Of a stretch of 64,000 bases of DNA, positions 48,984 through 59,298 are shown piece after piece; position 1 is the first letter of the stretch, and the number at the start of each line of letters is the position of its first letter. A program made the position numbers and the translations under genes. The notes under the pieces were generated by a model. It was given only the letters and a program-made list of their open reading frames with translations, did no database searches and was not told where the DNA came from. This DNA comes from Narcine bancroftii (taxonomy: Eukaryota), in NCBI RefSeq assembly GCF_036971445.1, contig NC_091473.1, forward strand, positions 200,818,001-200,882,000, written 5' to 3'.

Positions 48984-51041
48984 ATGGAAGGAGTAAATAG
49001 GGATGTAGGGCAAGAGCTCGGGGGAGACAGAGGGGTTCCCCCATCTGTAAACCGACAGTGGGAGAAAACAAGGAATCAATTACTGGGAGGATTACCGAAG
49101 GGAGAGGAGGTACAGGCTATGGCACGGTACGAACAGATATGGAGAGAGCTGCAGAATCAGGGGAAGGTACCACGAGGGTTTGAAAAAATCCGGCTGGTAC
49201 TGTACTTAGGAGAAGCAGAGAGGGAAGCAGCCAAGGAGGTACAGGAACATGAGGCAAAAGGACAAGGATCTATATGGAATAGAAGAAGGTTTAAACAACA
49301 GAGAGAAGTGAAGGAACAGAGAAGGGCAGATTTACACATTATGACATTGGCTTGCATGGCTGTGGAAGCGAACCTTCAACATGATATTAAACAGGGATCC
49401 CATAACACTAAGGAGAATATGGGGGAGGTGAAGCCGTCAGCCCCGTTATATCCAGAGTTACCGGAGACATTGCCACCACCTTATCCTATTCCCCAAATGC
49501 CAGCGATGCAGATAAGTGAGGAAATAGTGAATGTCACTGAGTTAACAGGTCCAGAACTACATGAGGCGAAGGAGAGACTGAAGAGAGTTGCACAGGAGAG
49601 AGTGGAGGAAACAAAAGAGTGGGTGCACGAAGTACAGAACGATAGATGTGCAGTAAGGAAAAATAGTAGGGGCTTGGGAAGTACAGATGAGAGAGAGCTG
49701 GGACAAGAGGAGAATAGGAAGGGAAATGACCCAGCGAGTGTCAGATGGGAACGGGAGAGAGAGCAGAACGAGGATACTGATCTAGCTAGTGTGAGTGTTG
49801 AGAATGAAGAGGAGGAACAGCCAGTCATGATCAGGGGAAGCATGATCACACATAGAAGACAGAGTCAGGATTACCCTCGTTCCCCTTTGGGATATGCGTT
49901 GCGGGACAGGGAGGAAGTACGGCTTCCAGAAAGGTATAGACAGATGCCGCTAATTTATAAGGGTCCGCAAATTGGGGAGAGGTATCAACCCTTCTCATTC
50001 ACCGACATGAATTGTATTTTGGATAAAATGCCACCTCCGACTGAGGGAGGTGGAGCGTGGATGGGAAAGTTCTGCCAATATACGATGGGACATAAGATAG
50101 CCATAGGGGATTGGAGAGCATTATTGGGTAAACAGCTTGGGCTGTGGGAGATACAGCAGGTAGAAATGATCGCAGGAATCACTAGGTGCCTCGATGCCGA
50201 GCCATTTGCCAACCATGCTACGGCAGTAGGAGGGGCAATGAGAGATAAGTTCCCCGTTCCCCCCGGTGTCATGCAGTCCCTGACCTTTTCCATAAAGGAG
50301 GATGAGGAGATCTCGACTTTTTTGAGTCAGTGTAGGGAGAGTTGGACTGATAAAGCAGGAGTACACCCAGCCACAGATCCCTTGCAGACTACACTCTTTA
50401 GGGCTGCAGTAACGAGTGGACTGCCAGCTGTAGTTAGGGAGGCGTTAGAGAATAACCCTGATATTCCCGGCTGCTCGAGTGAGCAATGGGAAAAACATTT
50501 GACCCATCACATGAAACGTTACAGGGCTAAGCAAAAGGAGGACAAACAAATTATGGAGTCTACACAAGTGCAACTCCTTAAGCTTCAATTGGAAGAGGCT
50601 AGGAAAAAGGCAAACGAGGCAAAAAAGATTTCCTCAAAGGGTGCGAACCAGATGATTCAGCAGCCAACGCAACCACCACAAGGGAATAATATGAGTTGGC
50701 ACCCGGCCCCATATTGGGCACCGGGTCCCACCTATGTGGCCAGAATGGGAGGTCCAATGGGGGGATTCCGAGTAAGAGGGAGAGGTCGGGGTGCTCCACG
50801 AATGCAACCAGCCGTATGTTTTGTATGCGGTCAGCCAGGACACTGGAAGAGAGACTGCCCCCTGGCTTGGGATCCTCGGGACACTGGGGGAAGGGGATAT
50901 GGACCACCACAAAATGAGCATTGGGTCCAGCCCCAGAGATCGTCAGTGCCACCCCCGGTACATCAGGCACCCCATGCGGCTTTAGCTCCAAAGAGACAAT
51001 TCCCTTTGCTGACAGAGGAGGAGCAATATTGCCCACAGTGA
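48984..51041 (+). CDS. gag: ERV Gag, 685 aa, open
   Basis: Late domains PSAP, LYPEL and PPPY clustered at ~49434-49484; CCHC knuckle CFVCGQPGHWKRDC. Confidence 0.92.
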   Translation: MEGVNRDVGQELGGDRGVPPSVNRQWEKTRNQLLGGLPKGEEVQAMARYEQIWRELQNQGKVPRGFEKIRLVLYLGEAEREAAKEVQEHEAKGQGSIWNRRRFKQQREVKEQRRADLHIMTLACMAVEANLQHDIKQGSHNTKENMGEVKPSAPLYPELPETLPPPYPIPQMPAMQISEEIVNVTELTGPELHEAKERLKRVAQERVEETKEWVHEVQNDRCAVRKNSRGLGSTDERELGQEENRKGNDPASVRWEREREQNEDTDLASVSVENEEEEQPVMIRGSMITHRRQSQDYPRSPLGYALRDREEVRLPERYRQMPLIYKGPQIGERYQPFSFTDMNCILDKMPPPTEGGGAWMGKFCQYTMGHKIAIGDWRALLGKQLGLWEIQQVEMIAGITRCLDAEPFANHATAVGGAMRDKFPVPPGVMQSLTFSIKEDEEISTFLSQCRESWTDKAGVHPATDPLQTTLFRAAVTSGLPAVVREALENNPDIPGCSSEQWEKHLTHHMKRYRAKQKEDKQIMESTQVQLLKLQLEEARKKANEAKKISSKGANQMIQQPTQPPQGNNMSWHPAPYWAPGPTYVARMGGPMGGFRVRGRGRGAPRMQPAVCFVCGQPGHWKRDCPLAWDPRDTGGRGYGPPQNEHWVQPQRSSVPPPVHQAPHAALAPKRQFPLLTEEEQYCPQ

Positions 51042-54000
51042 CGGAGCCCGAGCACCCACGAGCAGGCTAGGTTGGCAGACCCTTTCCTGCAGATTAAAGT
51101 TACGGACATGGAAGTATCCTTTTTAGTGGATACGGGAGCCAGATTTTCAACACTCACTGGCACTGAATTTCAAGATAAAACATCATCCTCTAGCGTCCAG
51201 CTGATAGGGTTCTCGGGTACACCAGAAAATCTGCCGTTTTCTACACCACTAGTCACTTCTGTGGCGGGACAGACTTTTACACAACAATACATTTTGTCAG
51301 CCAGGTGCCCTACCAATCTCTTGGGCAGAGACCTGTTGGTCAAGTGCGGAGCATCGATCCTTTGTGGACCCAGCGGAATAGAAGTCACCTTTCCAAATGG
51401 ATATTCTATGAACTGTTGATTAACTACACTGCATTCCAGTTCTCAGATGTTGTTGGCGGCAGCTGGAGGATCCGCGTCTGAGGGACAATGGGCTGACATT
51501 TACTGGGGGTTGTTGCAACCAGAGGACCCTCAGAAGGGAGGGCTGCTAAAACTTTATAATCAATGGAAGCCGTGAATCCAGACGTTACACCCGTATACCC
51601 CTCCCTCGGACCCTCCCCATATGACCCTCTTTTACGATAGGGATGGGGATGAAATGTATCAGCATGCCTTTTATGAAGAGGTAGAGGGCTGGCAATGGGA
51701 AATTAATTCGGACTACATAGTGGTAGGAAAGGAGGGAGTGGCCGCTGCGGTGGCACTGACATCTGAACAGCTGGAATGGTATGAGATGGCAGGTGAGGCC
51801 ATTCCTCATGTCACCCTTGCAATTGGCACTACTCATCAGGCAAAAGATTTGGGACCGATGTGTCGGAACTTGAGGTCCCTTAGTGACTGGTCTGACACCC
51901 AAATACCGACAGTGCAGTTCTCCTCATCTGGTCAGGCATACAAAATTTTGTCTCCAACATATGATCAAGTCCTCCTTGAGCATAGACAGATTGAACGCTT
52001 TCATGGTAGAGAGAAGATGGATCACCCCGACTCGGCCCCTATGCTAGATTCTCTCCCTGAGAACCTGTGGTCAGTGGGACCAGCAGATGAGGGTTTTTGT
52101 CAGCAGGTTGATCCCATAACCTTCGAATTGTCAGATTACACCCCTATTTGGCAGATGCAGTATCCCCACAAACCTGAAGCTGAGGAAGGTTTGGCAAAGA
52201 CCATTGATGGCCTTATGTATTCAGGGGTGTTGGAACATTCGCGTTCTAGTTGGAATACACCCATTTTACCGGTTCCTAAACAAGACACGGGCAAATATCG
52301 GATGGCCCATGACTTAAGGCGCATCAATGGTATTGTGAGAACACCCACAGTTCCAGTACCAAACCCATATACTGCCATGACTGCTTTAACCCCCAACCAC
52401 AAGTGGTTCTCTTGCATAGATTTAGCGAATGCTTTCTTTTGCTTGCCGCTGGCAGAACCATTAAGAGATGTGTTTTCGTTCACGTATAGAGGTAGAAAGT
52501 TGCGGTATACTAGGCTTCCGCAGGGCTTTATTTTATCTCCAGGGATTTTCAATCAGGTGTTGAAAGAACAGCTGGGGGGCTAGCACTGCCAGGTGGGGTA
52601 GTTCTGATCCAGTATGTAGATGACATCCTATTAGCAGCACCTCATCATACTTCCTGTTTGGAGGCCACCTGTCTCCTGCTAGTGCAGCTGTTCAAGGCTG
52701 GCTTTAAAGTCTCTCGCTCAAAGCTGCAATGCTGCAGGCAGGTGGTCACCTTTTTAGGGAGAATGGTCTCAGCGAAAGGCACAGGGATTTCCCCTGCACA
52801 TCGAACAGCGATACTACATCATACAAAACCAAAGACAGTTAAAGAGATGCTTTCGTTTTTGGGTTTGTCAGGTTATAGTAGGCAGTTTATCCCATCGTAT
52901 GGTGAGTTGAGACATCCACTGCGAACTTTGGTGAATGAGCAGGGGATGAGGTATCTGGGAGCTACACTTGATTGGACTGCACAGGCTGAGATGAGTTTTA
53001 TTCTATTGAAGCAAGCTCTTACAACAGCTACAGATTTGGCGATTCCAAATTATAAACTGCCTTTCTTTTTGGATGTTTCTGAAAAAGCACACACAATTGA
53101 TGGTGTTCTTTTTCAGAAAAAAGGGGGTGGAAGATGTGTGCTCATGTATGTGAGTATCACACTAGACCCAACGGAAGACAGACACCCACCATGTACGAGA
53201 CATGCAGCGGGAGTAGCAAAGATTTTACAAAAGGTGGCACACATAGTAATGGAACATGGCCTGACGGTATTAACAACACATAGCATTGTAGCATTTGTGA
53301 GCTCGACAGCATTTACATTGACTTCACTAAGGCAGACGAGACTAGAAAAGATCCTGAATGCTCCAAATGTTACATTTACCCATGAAGGCATTAACATGGC
53401 AGACATTATGGGAGAGGGAGAACCACACTGTTGTGAAAAGAGGGTAGTGAAGGATATTAAAATAAGACCTGACTTACAGGCTACACCCTTAAGAGAACCA
53501 GATGAAACCTTGTTTACAGATGGGTGTTGTTACAGGCACCCCACAGATGGATTGAAAGCTGCCTATGCGGTGGTACGAAAAACTACAGGAGGATTTGAAG
53601 AAATCATTACAGGGACAGTGAGAGGAAAGGAGTCAGCACAACTCGCAGAACTACAGGGAATGATAGCAGCATTAGAATGGGCAGAAGGGAAGGAGGTCAA
53701 TATATATACAGACTCGGCATATGTGGTAGGGACAATACAGGTTGAACTTAGTCAATGGATTAGAAGTGGGTTTTTAACAGCAGCAATGACCCCAATTAAA
53801 CACGAGAAGGATGTTAGGAAACTGGCTGAGGCCCTCCTGAAACCAAGGGCATTAGCAGTTCTTAAATGTAAAGGACATGATAGAACAGATACGATGGTGG
53901 CTCGCTGAAATCAGGAAGCGGACATGGCCGCTAAAAGGGCAGCAGGATACGGCCCTCAGTTTATTATGATACAGGCAGACAGAACAGCACATGACTTATT

Positions 54001-55171
54001 ACCACCGTGTAGGGTAGAAGTAATAGTACAGGAACAAGCAAAGGCATCACCTCAGGAAAGGATGGTATGGGAGGAAAGTGGGGCAACCAAGGATCAAGGA
54101 CTATGGAGATCGATAGACGGGAGGCCAGTTTTACCATCTGGACTCATGAAACCCCTCCTCGAGGAGGCGCATGGGCTAACACACTGTGGAAAGAAGCAGA
54201 TGATAAGGTACTTGATACATTGGTGGCACCCCTTCCTGCCGGCGATGGTGGAGAACCATATTAGAGAGTGTGAGGTATGTATAGCTTTCAATGTAAAGGC
54301 GACTGTAAAGCCACATGAAGGTCAGTTCCCGCTACCTAAGTTACCAGGGCAGGAAATCGTACTTGATTATACGGACATGATTGAGAGGGTAAGTGGCTAT
54401 TGATACCTCTTAGTAGCAGTAGAAGTGTTCACAGGGTGGCCGGAGGCAATCCCTGCCAAAAGAGAAGATGCAAGGACGGTATGTAAATTCCTGAACAACC
54501 AGTATATTCCGAGACACGGATTTCCTAGAAAAATTAGGTCTGATAATGGAAGTCATTTTAAGAATAACGATCTACAGGAGGTAGAAGCGATGTTGGGATT
54601 GAAACATGCCTTTGGAACGGTGTACCATCCACAATCCCAAGGGAAAGTGGAGAGGATGAACCAAACAATAAAAAGTAAGATCGGGAAAGTACAGGGACGG
54701 ACCAAACTAAATTGGGTGGATGCGTTGCCCCTGGCATTAATGTCAATAAGGAGTTCGGTAAGTTCTGTGACAGGATTTACTCCATATGAACTACAAACAG
54801 GGCACCAGTTTCCAGGACCGGGAGCCGGAATTCAGACAACGAAGAATGAGGTAAGCTCAATGGGATGCAAGCTTTATTATGAAAAACTAACGGCTCTGGT
54901 GTCAGATTTTTCACAACAGGTCACAAGTCCCAACAGAGAAGGGGAAACACCGATACCTTCAGTCGCGGAGTGGGTTCTGCTAAAGGTCATCAAAAGAAAG
55001 TGGTCGGAGCCCAGGTGGACAGGACCCTACAGAGTGGTGGAGAGGACGTCCCACGCGGTTCGACTACAAGGAAAAGGCGAGACGTGGTATCATTGGAGTC
55101 AGTGTGCAGCAACGGACCCACCGACACGGACACTGGAACAGATTCGAACGGAGGTGACTGAGAACCTGTGA
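51042..55171 (+). pseudogene. pol: ERV pro-pol (protease, 2H-like insert, RT, RNase H, integrase), disrupted
   Basis: LVDTGA; LPQGF and YVDD; TDG/NIYTDS; HHCC, SDNG, GKVERMN; TGA at 51417, 51573, 53906, 54401 and a frameshift in the G run at 52574-52579. Confidence 0.93.
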
Positions 55172-55280
55172 AGCAACCACGGACTAAGAACACTTAACGT
55201 CCCTTTTTAAAGAGACTATTGGACTACAGTGACTGTGTATCAGTGGTTGACGGCATAATCAATTTATTGGCATCAAAACA

Positions 55281-57042
55281 ATGAAAGGAGCTGGGATGAA
55301 TACTATGTGGGGACTATGGGTACTGGTATTCCGAGCCCTTGAAGGGGCTGGAGTAGAAAACCACTGTACAAAGTGTGTGCACTCGGCCTGGGGGTCGCAC
55401 AACGAAAAAGAACAGTACTTTGCTGATTGGACTAACTTTCCTGAACACTGTGTGGGGACTCACACGGGACGTAAGTGTGTGCATAATGGACAAGTGTATG
55501 ATGTTAAATTCAATAAGGGCTCTTTACAGTTCACGTCAAATCGAGACCGCTGTCCCCAAGGTGTAACATGGTTTTGTGCCCCGGAGGGAGACCAAGATAA
55601 GGAGAAAGGGGGCTCAATTCCCATTCAGAGGATACAGTGGGACCCCATGTGGCAAAAGAGAAAACAACCATACGTATGGGACAGAGAAAAGGGGGATATC
55701 TATGCCAACGCTAAACGACAGGCTGCCACTCACAGAGTAGGGGACAACAGATGGGTAGACCTTTGCCAAACTACGGCAGAACTCTTGGGGGTTAAAAACT
55801 GTTGGGTATGTGGGGGACCCACAAGAGATGGATCATGGCCATGGAGCGGGGAGCCCCTGGAAGTATGGGAGTTGATGAGTTTTCACGGATCGGCAGATGA
55901 AATGCGCCCCCGCCAGACATGGCATCTAGCTAATCACCCATTAGGAGAGGAATGTATCAGGAAGGAGCAAGGCAAGCATTATAAAGGAGATTCGAGGTGC
56001 ACAAGGGTTAAGATCTTGGGGAAGTTCCCTCGATGGCATCCTCAGCGACCCCGGTGGTTCCTGTCCCCACAGAAGGTAACACATTGTAGACCTATAACAG
56101 ATAACTCCCGTGGGAAAGGGGTATGGAATTGCACGGGCGTTAATCCATATGAAGGGGTTCCCTCACTCAGACAATTTTGGGCTCATCCCTTTCCACACGG
56201 ATTTGCCCCAGAGGGTTTATATTGGATTTGTGGGAATACGGCTTACACTTTTTTGGAGCCAGACTGGAGGGGAACGTGCTGTATAGGTATCATTCAACCA
56301 CAATTTGTGCTGTTACCACAGAACGACTCCCATCAGTTAGCAGCGCGTGTATATCAGGGGCTCCGCCAGAAGAGGGATTTAAAGATCGGTGAGTGGGGAG
56401 AGGACTGGCCTCCAGAGCGCATTATTTCTTATTATGGACCTGCTACTTGGGCACAGGATGGGTCCTGGGGATATCGAACCCCAATTTACATGTTAAACCG
56501 TCTGATTCCTTTACAAGCTATTTTGGAAATTATCACCAATGACACCGCCGCAGCCCTTGATCTGTTGGCAGAAGAGCAGCAACAGATTAGGGACACGGTG
56601 TTTCAGAACCGCTTAGCTTTAGACTACTTGTTAGCCACTGAAGGGGGGTGTGTGTGGGAAACTGAATCTCACTAATTGTTGTTTAAAAATCGATGACAAT
56701 GGGCAAGCAGTAAAAGAGATTTCATCTGGCATTCGCAAATTAGCTCATGTCCCGGTTCAGAACTGGCGACCCTGGGGCAGCTCCTGGCTGGGAAACTTGT
56801 TCTCTGGAGCGTGGGGATGGATACAGACTGCAGTGCTAGTTGCTGGAGTTGTGGTGTTGGCGTTGGTCCTGATCCCGTGCATCCTTCCCTGCCTCCAGTG
56901 CCTGATTCAACGAGCGTTGTCACAGAGAGACATCCCCAGACCCCAAGGCATGTATTTGTCACTACTGCCCTCCCAAGAGTATAGTGACTACAAGAGGTCA
57001 GAGATGCCGGCCCTTGCAATAACTCCTGAGGTCTCGGTCTAA
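55281..57042 (+). CDS. env: ERV Env (gamma-type, ERV3/HERV-I-like), one frameshift at ~56643-56648
   Basis: Signal peptide, CWVC, furin site [52 protein letters not shown]7CC, TM helix in the second frame. Confidence 0.88.
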
Positions 57043-57079
57043 TAAGGTAACAGGTGGTTGGTCTCATTTTCATGAGACC

Positions 57080-57090
57080 AAAAGGGGGAC
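57080..57090 (+). promoter_or_regulatory. Polypurine tract
   Basis: aaaagggggac immediately before the 3' LTR. Confidence 0.9.
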
Positions 57091-57901
57091 TGTTGGAATC
57101 TAGGGGTTAAAACAGTATGAAATAAATGATTAATTAATAAGTGTATATTTACTGCATGGTTCAGGGAAAAAGGAATGTGATTAAGTAGCAATCACAGCAT
57201 GGAGCAAAGTTGGCTGAACAAAATTGTCTCTCCAAAATACAGGGAGAGGAAATGCATAAAACGATTTAGGAGGAATGCTCAAACTAAAGGAGGTGGTGAG
57301 TAGCACAGGAGACACAGGCCAGATCAGAACAAAGAATGGCCTGTAAGAAACAAAGGGAATGGAAAACAAGTCTAGGAGGAAGATTAAGGCAGGAGGAGGT
57401 GTTAAAGAGAACAGCAGAAATTGGCCGGACAAGAACAGAATGGTGATTAGAAATATCTGGGGATGAATTAATTTCTGATCAACACAACGGGATAGTCTGG
57501 CCTGGAGGATTAAGATGGGAGTGCTACACCCCAGATATCTGCAAAACAGGAGATGACTTGTGATAACCCTTATGCAAAAAGATCTAGCAAAGAAAGACAA
57601 CTTTTGTTCTGTATGATAATGAAATCTAGCAAAGGAAGCCAACTTTTGTTCTGTATGATAAGGCTGACCTATATAAACTGAACCAACTGGACAATAGGGG
57701 TCAGTCTTGGGGAGTAGCTCACTGTGCAGGTGACCTATGAACTAATGAGTGACCCAGAGCTCTGTTAAGTTTTATTCTTGTGCTGTGTAATAAATTGACT
57801 GTTGAACCGAATACCTTCTCCTATCACTTCATTCAAAGAACGCGCTGGACTCAGACTACACATAGACTAAATTAAGAGTAAGTTAAAGCCAGAGTCCGAT
57901 A
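57091..57901 (+). repeat. ERV 3' LTR
   Basis: Same length as the 5' LTR; only two differences noticed (47513/57241 and 48172/57900). Confidence 0.97.
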
Positions 57902-59082
57902 ATTTGGTGAGTGGGCTCAGCCCGATGGAGGGTCCCGGAGAGCTGGGCCGCGGGTTAAATCAACACCGAGGCTGGGACTAGGGCCGGGACCCGGGGAGAA
58001 GTATCCTCTAGCCAGGTGTTGCAAGCCCCGGAACCCCATTTCGGGACCCGGTGCTGCGCTCGGCACCCGGTTCTGAATCGCATTCGATCCCCGGACAAGC
58101 ACCTAAACCTTTGGTGCAGCTCACGGGCATGTGACGTCACTTCTCACGAGGCTGCGCCCTCTCTTTGCCGAAGAGATGCCTGAGTAATGGTAACCGCCAT
58201 GGAAGGTGCTGAGCGACTCTTTTTAAACCGGCTGTTCTCGGGCCGTGTCTCCCAAATCAATCTCCCAGCAACCGTTCCAATGGAGGAAACTCGGCCCCCA
58301 ATCAATGCACAGAAAGATCCCAGCAGAGCGGAGCGAGCAGCGCAATGTTTTTACAGCGCTAGGGACCCGCGTCCGACTGGCACTAACATTCAAAACAGGA
58401 TTTAACATGAACAACATAACGCACTGAATTCACCTGACAACGTGGAAATACGGATTGAAGTTCTGTCATTAACTGAGGACAGGTCATCTCAAAGGCCAAG
58501 ACTTTCTAAAATCCCACCTGCATCAGACCCTCCCCTATCTGTCTCCCTTCTCCGTTTCTGATCTAAACGCTGCCCCTGAATGATCACATTTGCAGACACG
58601 AGGCAGGTTTCACTTTCCCCTCGACCTTTCCACCATCTCTGGACCACTTCACTCTCTCAGGCCGCTCTCACTGTTCAGCCAACACGGGAATGATCAGAAA
58701 TTTTCCACACGTGAATCTGGGGAAGACGCTGCCGTTGTGTTTGGACCCAGTACAACCTCTACTTCCATTCCCTGGGACGCAGCAGAGATTTTAAAATCGA
58801 CATCTCCAATTCATCACTGCGTTGTCAAGTCCCATCTCTGTCCCGTCTCCTGGTTGAGTTCATCGGCTGATGGAAACCTCATCTCTCTCTCTCTTGGAGA
58901 ACACACAAGGATTAGGGGCAGGAATCGGCTTGTTCTGGCGTTCACTGGGACCATGGCTGATGCGGCCCTGGACTCAGCTCCATTTACTCGCCCTTAGAAC
59001 AGAGAACACAGAAATCTACAGGACAGGACACAGAGGCGTAGCGGGGGAGGTGGGTGCAGGGGAAGAGCACATTTTTCAATAG

Positions 59083-59259
59083 TGGCGCCTATTCGCCTTG
59101 TCTCCGATGATCGGTCGGTGTCTGTTCTGGGCAGCGTGACCCGGGATCCGGATTCGGAAACACCGTCAACGCTGATGAAAATGAACGCTCCGAATTCTAT
59201 CTCGTCATCGAAGTAACGGCGGAACAGTCGGCCACTTATTACTGGGCCTTATGGATGGA
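59083..59259 (+). pseudogene. 5'-truncated antigen-receptor V segment (TCR-gamma-like)
   Basis: With one frameshift reads ...GSVTRDP/GFGNTVNADENERSEFYLVIEVTAEQSATYYWALWM (YYC changed to YYW); directly followed by an RSS. Confidence 0.8.
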
Positions 59260-59298
59260 CACAGCGCGCAACAGGAACGCAAGCTCAGCACAAAAACC
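59260..59298 (+). promoter_or_regulatory. V(D)J recombination signal sequence, 23-bp spacer
   Basis: CACAGCG + exactly 23 nt + ACAAAAACC (consensus nonamer). Confidence 0.9.

Larger units (their letters stand above)
47363..57910 (+). mobile_element. Full-length endogenous retrovirus (LTR-gag-pro-pol-env-LTR)
   Basis: Two 811-bp LTRs, PBS, PPT, TSD gtgggc (47357-47362 / 57911-57916), all retroviral domains present. Confidence 0.97.

Noticed and set aside
2529-52100. Other CACAGTG heptamers and GGTTTTTGT nonamers (e.g. 2529, 15753, 37282, 40012, 52092)
   Set aside because: None has its partner motif at 12- or 23-bp spacing.
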